Positions 53,088 to 63,800 of a stretch of DNA of 64,000 bases are shown piece by piece. The translations under genes and the position numbers were made by a program. Source of the stretch: an uncultured Gemmatimonadaceae bacterium (GTDB taxonomy: Bacteria > Gemmatimonadota > Gemmatimonadetes > Gemmatimonadales > GWC2-71-9); assembly GCA_964580055.1 (NCBI GenBank), contig CAZOJI010000013.1, forward strand, positions 22,018 through 86,017. The letters run 5' to 3'. The notes under the pieces were generated by a model, which worked only from the letters and a program-made list of their open reading frames with translations, ran no database searches and was not told the DNA's origin. Numbering within the stretch: position 1 is the stretch's first letter; every line of letters begins with the position of its first letter.

Positions 53088-53744
53088 ATGGCGCAAACCG
53101 CTTCAAGCTCGTCTACAGCACGTAGCAAGCCAAGTGTGAACGCAATCATTCCACTGACGTTACTGCGGACGATACGGGCACTCGATCGCACGCGACAGAT
53201 CGACCTGGAGGATTACTCGAGCGAGACGGCACCGCGTCGGCTCGGTACCAGTCCGTCGGTTGCTGCCCAGATCGAGAGGTTTGAAAAGCTCGCCAAGCAG
53301 GGTACCGGCGCCGACGGGGAAGAGGTGGCCCAGCTGTTTCGCTTGGTCGGCCGTCGCAGCGACGCTGAATTGGCTTTCAACCAGGCGGGGCGCGCCGCCG
53401 CCGAAGAGATCTTGCGGCGTACGTCAGGTGCGAAACGATTCGTGGAGGGTGCCGGCCGAGTGGTGGGGCGCATGCGGTTTGACAGAGGACGAGCGAAACG
53501 TCTCGCCGACCGGCTGCTGAGTATCTCTTTGACCTTTGACGAGCGGGCGGGAATCCAGGCCGTTGCCAATGGTCCTCTGTCGACTCCCGAACCCGACGGA
53601 CTGTGGTGTGGATTCTGCGGAGCGGCGCTGGGAGAGCTGTTGGGTAAATGCACCCAATTCGAAGGAGCCATGCAGCACGACCGATGTCGTGGGCGCGGAG
53701 ATGAGGTCTGCTCCTGGAGTTCCGAAGGCGGATCTGGTAGCTGA
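53088..53744 (+). CDS. V4R (4-vinyl-reductase-type) small-molecule-binding domain protein
   Basis: The C-terminal part ...LWCGFCGAALGELLGKCTQFEGAMQHDRCRGRGDEVCSW fits the V4R signature C-x-F-x2-G-x3-G...E/H-x2-C-x3-G-x3-C-x-F/W. It starts 2 nt after the ccmD-like stop. I did not recognise the N-terminal ~150 aa. Confidence 0.6.
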   Translation: MAQTASSSSTARSKPSVNAIIPLTLLRTIRALDRTRQIDLEDYSSETAPRRLGTSPSVAAQIERFEKLAKQGTGADGEEVAQLFRLVGRRSDAELAFNQAGRAAAEEILRRTSGAKRFVEGAGRVVGRMRFDRGRAKRLADRLLSISLTFDERAGIQAVANGPLSTPEPDGLWCGFCGAALGELLGKCTQFEGAMQHDRCRGRGDEVCSWSSEGGSGS

Positions 53745-53792
53745 GCGAGATGTGTCGCCTTGACCCTCGTTCTCGACCAGAGCTGTTATTGA

Positions 53793-55208
53793 TCAGAGCA
53801 AGAAGCCGAACACCAGGAACAGAACGCTCGCAGCAGTCGCGGCCGTGAGAGCATACGGCAACTGTGTGCGCACGTGGTCGATATGATCCGTTGCAGCGGC
53901 CATCGAGGCCACTATTGTGCTGTCTGATATGGGCGAGCAGTGGTCGCCGAAGATTCCACCGCCAAGAGCGGCTGCCAGTGCCAATCCGGGGTGCAAGCCG
54001 ATTAGGTCAACCATCGGAATGACGATAGGTATCATTATGGCGAACGTTCCCCAAGACGTCCCGGTGGAAAAAGCGATGAAGCAAGCCAGCAGAAACACTA
54101 TCGCTGGCACGAAACCAGGGTGAACGGTAGCTTGGGCTGCCTGGGCCACGAACACCCCGGTACCCAATTCCCTCGTCGTTGCGCCGATTGCGAACGCAAG
54201 TGACAACACGATCACCAGTGGAATCAACCCCTGGACTCCCTTGATGATGTTATCGCTCATATCGGCGATTGTCATGATACCCTGCGCCCAATAGACGACG
54301 GCACCTGTCAGAAGACCGACTATGACTCCCCACAAAACCGCCCGGGAACCGCTGCCCTGCATGATATTGCCGTCTCCCGAAAGCCACAAAACCACCGGCA
54401 CCGTGGTTACCATCACGAGGATTGGCAGTAGCATGTTTACGGCTCGGAGCGGGACGTCTGTCTTTGCCGGCGCCATTGCCACGTCGGCCGATATCATCGG
54501 CTGGGCGCCGTCGCGCAGCAGCTTGCCTTCTTCCCTGACGCGCCGTTCGGCCTCGCGCATCGGCCCGACGGTCCAACCTGTCAAGATGACCGTGAATACC
54601 AAGACCAGTGCAGCAAGGGCGTAGAAGTTGAGGGGAAGCGCGGAAACCAGCAGAGCCACCGGGTTGGCAACCTCTTGTGCCGCCAGGATGCTGATGATAT
54701 AAGCCCCCCATGCATTCAACGGAATGAGTATGCATTTGGGAGCGCAGGTTGCGTCGATTACGTAGCTGAGCTTCTCACGGGAAATGCGGCATTTGTCGAA
54801 CAACGGTCTGGCAACCGAGCCGGATACCAGGAGACCGAAATTCGATTCCAGAAAAACAACCAGCGATACAAACGCAGTCAGCAATCCGACGGATCGTCGC
54901 GATTTCGCGATGCCGCTGCGGTCTACCGATTGCACGAACCCGTCCATTCCCCCCGACGCCTGCGTGAAGGTGATCATGGCTCCAATGAGGGCACTGAAGA
55001 GGAGTACGCGTGCATTGTCGGGCTCGGTCGCCTGCGCAATGTAGGTGTCGACGGACTGGATGAGTCCCGCAACCGGGTTCCAGTCGTTCATGATGGTCCA
55101 ACCGAGCCAAACAAAGAGGACCAGGGAGAGGTAAACCTGTTTTGTCTTGATCGCGAGGCCGATTGCGACAACCGGAGGCAATATGGACAGCCAGCCGTAG
55201 GTTTCCAT
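53793..55208 (-). CDS. nhaC: Na+/H+ antiporter NhaC family
   Basis: 471 aa, about 12 TM. The N-terminal part GWLSILPPVVAIGLAIKTKQVYLSLVLFVWLG is typical of NhaC-family proteins. Confidence 0.85.
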   Translation of the reverse strand: METYGWLSILPPVVAIGLAIKTKQVYLSLVLFVWLGWTIMNDWNPVAGLIQSVDTYIAQATEPDNARVLLFSALIGAMITFTQASGGMDGFVQSVDRSGIAKSRRSVGLLTAFVSLVVFLESNFGLLVSGSVARPLFDKCRISREKLSYVIDATCAPKCILIPLNAWGAYIISILAAQEVANPVALLVSALPLNFYALAALVLVFTVILTGWTVGPMREAERRVREEGKLLRDGAQPMISADVAMAPAKTDVPLRAVNMLLPILVMVTTVPVVLWLSGDGNIMQGSGSRAVLWGVIVGLLTGAVVYWAQGIMTIADMSDNIIKGVQGLIPLVIVLSLAFAIGATTRELGTGVFVAQAAQATVHPGFVPAIVFLLACFIAFSTGTSWGTFAIMIPIVIPMVDLIGLHPGLALAAALGGGIFGDHCSPISDSTIVASMAAATDHIDHVRTQLPYALTAATAASVLFLVFGFLL

Positions 55209-55223
55209 GATCCGTCTTTCTGG

Positions 55224-56306
55224 TCAGGTGCGCACGCGTCTGAGGAACCAGAGGCCCGCGGTGCAGAACAGAACGTTTGGCGTCCATGCGGCCACCACAG
55301 GTGGCAACAGCCCTCCCGCACCAACTGCCTGGGAAAGCTGCACGAATAGAAGGAATACCAAGGTGGTACCAAGCCCGACTGCCACACCCACCGCGCCGCT
55401 CGAACGCGGCGCAGCAGCGACAAGGGGGGCCGCAAAGATCGTGATGATGACGCACGTAACAGGTATGGCGATCTTGAGAGCGCGCTCGACGGTCAGTCTG
55501 CGGCCATCTCCTCCCGACCTCTCGAGTGCCCTTATGTAGCGTCCCAGCTCAGCATAGTTCATTTCCTGCGGTCGCTTCGGTTCCAACAGTAACTCGGCCG
55601 GCGTTTCAGAGAAGCTCCGGATCCGAATGGAATCGAACAAAAAAGCCGACTCGCCCCGGTCTTCCGGCAGTATGCGGAACCTCCCGCTGCGCAGCGTCCA
55701 TGACGCGGTCGTGTCGTTGTAGATGCCGAACCGCCCCTGAATGACGAAAGTAGGATACGAGGAACCGGATCCCTCTCGTTCCAAAACGATGTCGTTGACT
55801 CGACGCTGGCTCACGTTTAGAGACCGAATCGAATACACCCAACCGTCGGTCGCTCGGTAGACGAAGTTCTGTCGATTGTTCTGCGACCGTATCTCCAGTT
55901 CACCCAACAGCTCCATCTTCCGTCGGGTCGTTTGCGGAGCCACTTCGCCGACCACCCAGCTGAGACCGGAAACGAATATCGAGGCCACCACGAGCGGAAT
56001 CAACATGCGGTGAAAGCTTCGCCCGGATGCCTTGGCCGCAGTGAGTTCCGAATGCCGGTTCATGGCGCCTACACTGAACACGGTGGCAAAGAGAACAGCC
56101 GCAGGAAGCACGAGAAATACGGTTTCCGGAACGCTGTATACGTATGCGAGCGCAATTGTCCCAGGGCCCAGATCGCGCGCGAGGTATTCGTCCAGCTTGT
56201 CGGTGAGTTCTATCAGTATGACGACGATGGGGAATCCGACCGTAGTGATCAGAAAGATCCTCGACCAAAGCCGCAGGGCGTAGCGATCTAATGTGCCTGC
56301 GATCAC
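55224..56306 (-). CDS. lptG: LPS export ABC transporter permease LptG (YjgP/YjgQ family)
   Basis: The likely start is GTG at 56306, overlapping the lptF stop (GTGA). LDRYALRLWSRIFLITTVGF is the family opening. It has 6 TM with a periplasmic beta-jellyroll insert. The track ORF extends to 56438. Confidence 0.8.
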   Translation of the reverse strand: MIAGTLDRYALRLWSRIFLITTVGFPIVVILIELTDKLDEYLARDLGPGTIALAYVYSVPETVFLVLPAAVLFATVFSVGAMNRHSELTAAKASGRSFHRMLIPLVVASIFVSGLSWVVGEVAPQTTRRKMELLGELEIRSQNNRQNFVYRATDGWVYSIRSLNVSQRRVNDIVLEREGSGSSYPTFVIQGRFGIYNDTTASWTLRSGRFRILPEDRGESAFLFDSIRIRSFSETPAELLLEPKRPQEMNYAELGRYIRALERSGGDGRRLTVERALKIAIPVTCVIITIFAAPLVAAAPRSSGAVGVAVGLGTTLVFLLFVQLSQAVGAGGLLPPVVAAWTPNVLFCTAGLWFLRRVRT

Positions 56307-57802
56307 GCTGGTGCGCCTGCCTTCCGGCTGGAACCGCTGCTCGAACTCGACACCCGCCAGCGAGCAACCATGCCTTGGCGCCCGAAACGCCACAGCGCCG
56401 TGATTCCGATCAGTCCGAACAGGATGTTTGGGGCCCACATTGCAATGAATGCCGACACATACAGCCTGTTAGCCATCGACTCTCCGGCTATCAATCCGAC
56501 GTAGAATACTGCGAAGATGACCATTCCGACTCCGATCACCATTCCCAGCCCTCCGCCCCGGAAACGCAGTGCCGCGGGGACACCAACGAGCACGAAAACT
56601 ATGCATGCAGCCGGTATAGCATACTTCTTGTGGAGCTCGACCAAATACACTTCTTTACGCACTCGCATGCTGCGAGCACGATCCCGGTGAACGGTGGTCT
56701 CATTCATCCTGGATCGCGGCCTCAGTCCGGTCACGTGGATGTGGCGCGGCGGCTTGGTGAGCACGGCACGCACTGCGGCCTCCTGCGAATCCGCCTGGGC
56801 CGTCGACTCTTGTGGCGGCTCCTGAGCTTGCAACTCGGCGGGACGCAGCCAATCCAAGATAGAGCAATACGGACTCTTTCGCGGTTGCGGCACGAGGGTG
56901 TCGGGTTGTATGGGCTGGAGTCCCAGAAGTGACCTTATCCCGTTTCGTTCGGCTGCTTCGGCGCGGCGTGTGGCAAGCATCTCATCCCGGCGGGACTCGA
57001 GCGCAACTTCTTCGAGTGCGCACACGCCCAACTCTCGATCGCCCCGGTACGTGTCGCTCTCCCGGCGCACGAACTCGCGCCCGATGTCCTCAAACCTGAT
57101 CTCATATCGATCGAACACTACTCGCTGGAACATGCTTGGGTCCTGCCGGTCGATCTCATGGGAAGAACCGACGAACAGGATGAGCTGCAGATCCTCCTGG
57201 TTCAGGTCGAATGCCATGCGACCACTGTCGGCATAGACGATGCGAGTGGTGCCTTGGTCGGTGAATCGGTATATGGTTACGTCACGCATCAGGTAGGTGG
57301 CCTGGTCGATGGATGCGGCGCGGAGGAACACTCTTCCTCGCTGTACCTCATTGACGACGTGCTCTTTTAGTGAGAACGTCGGTTTCTGACGGGCTATGTC
57401 CACCATGAGCATTCTGAGACGATGATTGGTGCGAGGCAGAACCTGATCACCAAACAGGAACGCGATAAAGGCCACGATGCACGCGGCAATCAACACGGGA
57501 CGCACGAGTTGAGTGATGGATATGCCTCCCGCCCGGAACGCAGTGATTTCTCTGTCGTCGGTCAGGCGACCGAACGTATGAAGCACGGCCACCAACACTG
57601 ACATGGAGATCGTCATAGCGACGAGGTATGGTATCGTCAGGAGAAAGAACTCGAAGATCACCGTCCATGGGAGCCCTTTGCCAAGCAGCATCGGGAGTCG
57701 ACGAGCAACCTGGTTCAACAGCATGAAACCGGTCATCGCCGCCAGGGAAAAGGCAAACGCCGCGATGTGCTGTTTGATCAGGTACTTGTCCAGTATCTTC
57801 AT
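56303..57802 (-). CDS. lptF: LPS export ABC transporter permease LptF (YjgP/YjgQ family), long form
   Basis: ATG at 57802 gives MKILDKYLIKQHIAAFAFSLAAMTGFMLL, the family opening. The product is 499 aa and has an extra charged ~120-aa segment before the last three TM helices. Confidence 0.8.
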   Translation of the reverse strand: MKILDKYLIKQHIAAFAFSLAAMTGFMLLNQVARRLPMLLGKGLPWTVIFEFFLLTIPYLVAMTISMSVLVAVLHTFGRLTDDREITAFRAGGISITQLVRPVLIAACIVAFIAFLFGDQVLPRTNHRLRMLMVDIARQKPTFSLKEHVVNEVQRGRVFLRAASIDQATYLMRDVTIYRFTDQGTTRIVYADSGRMAFDLNQEDLQLILFVGSSHEIDRQDPSMFQRVVFDRYEIRFEDIGREFVRRESDTYRGDRELGVCALEEVALESRRDEMLATRRAEAAERNGIRSLLGLQPIQPDTLVPQPRKSPYCSILDWLRPAELQAQEPPQESTAQADSQEAAVRAVLTKPPRHIHVTGLRPRSRMNETTVHRDRARSMRVRKEVYLVELHKKYAIPAACIVFVLVGVPAALRFRGGGLGMVIGVGMVIFAVFYVGLIAGESMANRLYVSAFIAMWAPNILFGLIGITALWRFGRQGMVARWRVSSSSSGSSRKAGAPA

Positions 57803-57898
57803 CGATTCCCGTAACTTTCTACCAAACAAGGACTTGGGCCGCTCATTATATTGCGAAAGCTCACCCCTAACAAGGCGTACCCCTCTGCAGCCAGGAAA

Positions 57899-60800
57899 GT
57901 GTCGCGCCTCTCGTTAGTCGTGCTCGCTGCCGTATTTACGCTGCCATGCGGCACACTGGAGGCCCAGGACGAACCGGGGCCGAAGCTGGGGCTGGTGTTG
58001 AGGGAGCCATGGGAGCCGGCGGGATTCCGGACCCCACCGGCGCTCGAGCCCGGTGGTTGGCTTTCGTTTCGACCTTCCCCCGCCGGGATCGTGGCGCGCT
58101 GGTTCGCGGAGATTCGAGAGCTGGCGAAAGAGGCACGATCGAGAAGACGTGTCGCCCGTCTCCAGGCCTCGCTCCAGTCCGCGGCCGAGCCGGAAACACC
58201 GGACATACCCTCGCCGGAGGCGATGGCGCCGCGGCCTGAAGACCTGGCACAACCACCCCAGCAGGACGCGTTCGAATCGTTGTCCGAATACGCGGACATC
58301 GGACTCGATCTAACGGGCAGGCTCGAGATGGGGCTCGACCGCCTGCGCAATGCAAGGTGTACGGCCGCTGACGTGTTCAGCACCGCGTCAGGGTGCGTTA
58401 CGGGATTCCCCACTCCCACGGTGGATCAACAAGCGAATGTGAGTGCCAGTGGCATAATCGGCGATCGGGTGCACCTGAGTGTGGATTTCGACACGGAACG
58501 CGAGTTCAGCGCGAACAATAACATCACGATCTACTATGAGGGTCTCGAAGACGAGATACTGAGGCGCGTCGACGTCGGCACGGTTTCCTTCGAGGCGCCC
58601 GAGTCGCGGTTCGTTACCTCGGGGATTCCGGCGAACTCGTTCGGTGTGAAAGCGGAAGCCCAACTGGGACCTCTCAATTTCAGATCGATATTCGCACAGC
58701 AAAAGGGCTCGGCGGTAAGGACCAGGACTTTCACCGTGGGCGACGCGGCCACGCAGCCCGTGGACTTCGAAACCAGGGATGTGGATTACGAGTCTGGCCG
58801 CGCCTTCTTCGTAGTGAACCCGGTCGCGTTACCGGGATACCCGGAAGTGGACATATTCGACATCAGCCGGGAAACGCTGCCGGCCCCGCTCAGGCTGTCC
58901 GATGTGCGGGTGTATAGGCTTCGCGCCCAGGGGAGCCAAGCGAGGGAAAACCCGAATCTGGGCGGCATCGACGCGGTGGCACTGAGGTCAGACAGTCCAC
59001 AACGCATCGGTCCGTTCTCGTGGGAGCTCCTGGTCGAGGGTACCGACTATTACCTGGATCCGTCCGGTACATGGTTTGCTCTCGATACGCGTGTTGGGCT
59101 CCAGGATTTCCTGGCGGTTTCGTATGTAACCACTTCCGGCGACACCGTAGGCACCTTTCCGGTCGTGAACGGCGATGGAGACACGCTGCAGCTGATCTAT
59201 GAGCCACGCAGTGATCAAAACGCCCCCACTTTCCCCTATGAAATGCGCAACTGGTATCGCCTGGGAAGCCAGGATATCGACCGCGGGTCGATCGGCCTGG
59301 CTATCGAGGTCAGGAACTCCGAGACACCTCTAGACGGGCGCGGAACCTATCTGTCCCGCCTCGGGTTGGCACAAACCACTGATCCTTCAACTCTCGACGA
59401 ATTCAACCGCGTGTTTCCCCGGGAGCGTGATCCGGGAGGTGGAGAACCCATACGTGACCTCTTTGTAGTGTTCCCGCATCTGAGGCCCTTTGCGGACAGC
59501 ACACGCCTGCAGCAGGGCGAGCTCAACGACTCGCTGTACCGGACGCCCACCTTCTTGATGAGGACTCAAGGTGCGGCTTCCAGGTTCAAGCTGAGAATTC
59601 ACTATGAGGTAAGCGGGGCGGGTGACCGCTCTAACCTGAGCCTGGGGGCTATCCAGGTACGCACCGGGAGTGAGCGGCTCTCGATCGGCGAGCGGCTGCT
59701 GACCCGCGGCCAAGACTACGAGATAGACTATGCGTTAGGCCAGGTAACGTTCCTCAAGCCAGACTCCCTCTTCGTGGGACCCACTCAGGTGACCGCCGAG
59801 TTCGAGGAAAATCAACTCTTCGATGATGCGCCCAAGAGCATATTCGGCTTCTCGAGCACATACGCGCTGGGTGCGGCCGGGAATGTACACGCAATCGGGA
59901 TATTTCAGAGTGAGCGCAGTGTCAGCACGCGACCTACGCTCGGATTCGAGCCGGAAGCACAGCTCATCGGTGGTCTCAGCACCGATCTGAGCTTCAGGCT
60001 GGACGGTCTGACGCGATTTCTGGACCAGATCCCGTTGTTCAGCACTTCTGTGCCATCCGCGTTCCAGATCAACGGCGAATTGGCAGTATCCCGCCCCGGC
60101 TCCAATCAGAGAGGCGTGGCGTATGTCGAAGACTTCGAGCGCGAGCCGTCGACCCGGGTGCGGTTGGCGGAGCGGGCCTTCCAACTCGGCAGTGCTCCCA
60201 CCTCCGGCCGGGGCCTCCCTACAACCCACCTCGGGGCTGGTGGAGGGTTCGATGCAACGGATGCGGTTCCGCTGGTATGGCAGAATCTGATCAGAGGTCC
60301 CGAAGGTCTGGTGCAGTTTGGGCCGCAAGACATCGACTCTACGATCATACTCACGGGAACCGGCATCAGCGTGGAGACGACACTGTGGCTGTCCCTGAAG
60401 CCGGACACGATCGGCGGTGCGCCGGATCCGAACACAGGCGTTCCTAGATGGTATAGATCTCACACGGCGGGACCCAGATGGCGGAGCATGACACAGCCGC
60501 TGGGCGGCGGGTCTGGTGTGGGCGTGGACCTGTCGAGGGTAGAGTTCTTGGAGTTCTGGGTTTTGGAGGACGCCGAGCGCACGGCCAGACAGCAGGATAC
60601 CTATCTGGTGTTCGATTTCGGACGGATCTTCGAGGATGCCGCGAGGGTGGGGCCAACGGAATTCGCAGCGAGCGGTGCCGATACCAGCTTTGCCGGTTTT
60701 CAATCCGTCGGTGAAGGTAAACTCGATACCGAGAAGGATACTCTCACCAATGTATTCAACGCCCAGCTTCACGACGTGGGGGTTGCGGGAGACGTTATCG

Positions 60801-63800
60801 ACACGATCGTGAACCGTGCGACAGGCGAGCTGATCCAGGATCTGCCACTGTGCGATCTGCGCGGCTATACCGATGTAACGGCCTTCTCACGGGGCGACCT
60901 GCTGGCTCGTTGTTCTCGTGGCAACGGAGTCCTGAACACCGAAGATCTGGACGGTGACAATAGACTGGACGTGGATGTCGGCGTCACTCGGGAAGATTTC
61001 GTGCGCTATGTGGTCCCTGTCGGAGATGATCGCTATTTCGTGCGACGGGGCGGCACGTATGTAGACGAGAGCGGCGGTACCCATACCTGGCGGCTTTACC
61101 GGGTGCCTTTCAGGGAAGACACCGTACAGGTGGGGCGACCCAATCTGTTTCAGATTCAAGCTCTGCGACTCACGGTCGTTGCGCCCGACCAGCCGTCGGT
61201 TGAACGCGAGATCTCCGTCGCCCTCGCCCGGATGAGGTTGGTGGGATCACCTTGGATAAAACGTGCCGCCGCGCCCATTACCGGCTTGAGTGGAAGCCGA
61301 ACCGAACTCAGCGGGGAGGTGATCGCCTCGGTGATCACCACGGAAAACACGGACCTCGGATACGAGTCTCCCCCAGGCATTTTGAACCAGGCCGAGCGCG
61401 CCGATGCAGGGTTCGGGTTCGGTACGCAACAGATCAACGAGAAGGCATTGCGACTTCTAGCGACTGGACTGCAGGCTGGTGAGAGGGGTGAAGCGTTCCT
61501 GCGGTTCATGGATGCTGCCGAAAAGAACTTCCTCAAGTACAGAGAACTCAGAGTATGGGCCCGTGGGAGCGGGCCGGGATGGGAGGAAGGCGATCTCGAA
61601 TTCTTCATCAAGTTGGGCGGGGACGAGCACAATTTCTACATGTACCGGGCGCCAGCTCGCAGTGTTACTTGGGAACCTGAGGTCGTGGTGGAGTTGGGCA
61701 AGTGGGCGCAGCTACGGGCCGAAGTGGAGGCGGCTTGGCTAAGCGGTGCCCCGCCTTCCGGGGCGGCGGAATGCGGTGGTGATACCAATGCCTACGTTGC
61801 CTGCGACGGTCCGTACATGGTGCAGGTTAGGGACCCGGGTACCACACCCCCCAACCTGGCGCGCGTGTCAGAGGTGGCTGTCGGGATTTACAGAGGTCGG
61901 GAAACGGTCCCGATAAATCAGGCGGAATTATGGGTGGACGACATCAGGCTGGCTGACTTGGTGGACGAGGTCGGCGCGGCGGCGGCACTGGACATGCGGC
62001 TGGCGGCTGCGGACATAGCTGAGATTACCTTTGACATGAGTCGGATCGACGACCAGTTCAGGCAGCTCGGCGAATCGCCCAGATATGTAACCGACGAAGT
62101 GCGCAACTTCGCCTCGATACTCCGCCTCGACAAGTTGATGCCGGAAAGATGGGGTTACAACATGCCCCTGGCCATCAGGCATACCGGGACGGCCGCCGAT
62201 CCCTTCTATATCGAACAGACCGATGTTCGCGCCCAGGCGCTGCCGAACTTGAGACGCCCCGGGAGTTCTCTCACTACCGTGGAGTTGTCGCTGAGGCGAG
62301 TGCGCGCGGGATCTTCGTTTCTTGAACGCCTGCTTCTGGACCCGCTGGCCTTACGAGCGTACCGGACTTCGGGACGAGACATGAATTCGCTGAGCGAAGC
62401 GCGCACGCAGAATCAACAGCTGTTTGCAGATTACTCGACCTCTCCAAGAGCTCGCACCGTAAAGGCTGTGCCGCAGTTTCTGATCGATTTCGTCGACCGG
62501 CTGCCCGGTTTCGTGAGCAACAGCGAATTCGCGAACTCGCTCCGAACCGCCCGCCTACGTTGGAACCCCCAGCGCTTCCGGGTGACGACTCGTTTGACGG
62601 ACCATCTCACGGAGCGGCGCGCCTTCCGCGTGCCTGTCGAACTCGCACGGGACTCGCTGATCCGACCGTCGCGTCGCGTGAATCACGTGTTGCGAACGAC
62701 TGCCGAGCTCGACTTGCGCCCGTTCTCGAGTCTGGGCTTGCGAGCGGCATATGAGACTACACGCGACCTTCACGACTACGGAGATTCCACCTCGGTAGGG
62801 AGGCTGCTCGACGCCAAGAAACGTTCTTTGCTTGGGATGGACGTCGGTTTCGAGCGAACCCGCAATATCAGGACGGGCCTGGACGTTGCTCCTGCCGTGA
62901 GTGCATGGCTAAGACCACGGTTCGTTATGTTGACGAGGTTCGAATTCAATCGCGATCCAATGGCCAAGCAGCCGGTTCGTGCCGGCCCCGATTCCACCGG
63001 CGCCCTGCTGGTGCCGGAGGCCGCGGCCAACTCCAGGCTCCGCGAGTGGGGAACTACGGTGGATCTGGCGAGGTTGGTTCAAGGACTGGCGGGCGATTCT
63101 AGTAGAGTCACTTCGTTAGCCAAAGGTGTGCTGCCGGCCGACATCTCCTTCGAGCGCGAGCGCAACTCCAATTTCAACGAGATAGCATTCACGCCAGACC
63201 TGAGTTACCAGCTGGCATGGGGCGATCTGGACGAGTTCCGCAGCCAAAGCGGAGCGCTCGCTGCATCGACAGCCGAGACTACGACGCTCACGGCGACAGG
63301 AGGCACTAGCCTGCCGTTCGGCGGACAGCTGCGGCTGAATTACCGCAAGGGACGAAATACCGTGTGGTTTCGGCGTGCGGACGGTCAGCAAAGGAACGAA
63401 CAGACTACGCGCGAATGGCCGTCACTGACGATGTCCTGGGTGTACACGCCCAGTTCCGGAATAAAGGCGGTGCTTTCGAGCGTCAGCGCCCAAATGCGAT
63501 ATGTCGTGGAACATCGCAGGACCCTTCGACCCCGATTCGATCCGCTGGACGGCGGCGGTGGTAACGTCCCCAGCGTTCTCACCGAAGACGATCGGACGAC
63601 CCTCGCCCCGAGCATCACCTTGGTCTGGCCCGGTGGTGTAACTACCTCTGCGTCGTACTCTACGGAATCGAGCGCACGCCTGACATCTGGTAACACGATC
63701 AACACGGACCGCTCCCAGTGGCGCGGCTCTCTGGCGTTCGGGTTTCGTCCTCCGGTGTGGTTGATGCGGTTGAGAAGTCAGATCCGTACTAATGTATCGG

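Noticed and set aside
56303-57802. The extra ~120-aa charged insertion in LptF, considered as a novelty.
   Set aside because: Length variation in the cytoplasmic/periplasmic loops of YjgP/YjgQ permeases is common. I cannot judge from one sequence whether this insert is unusual.
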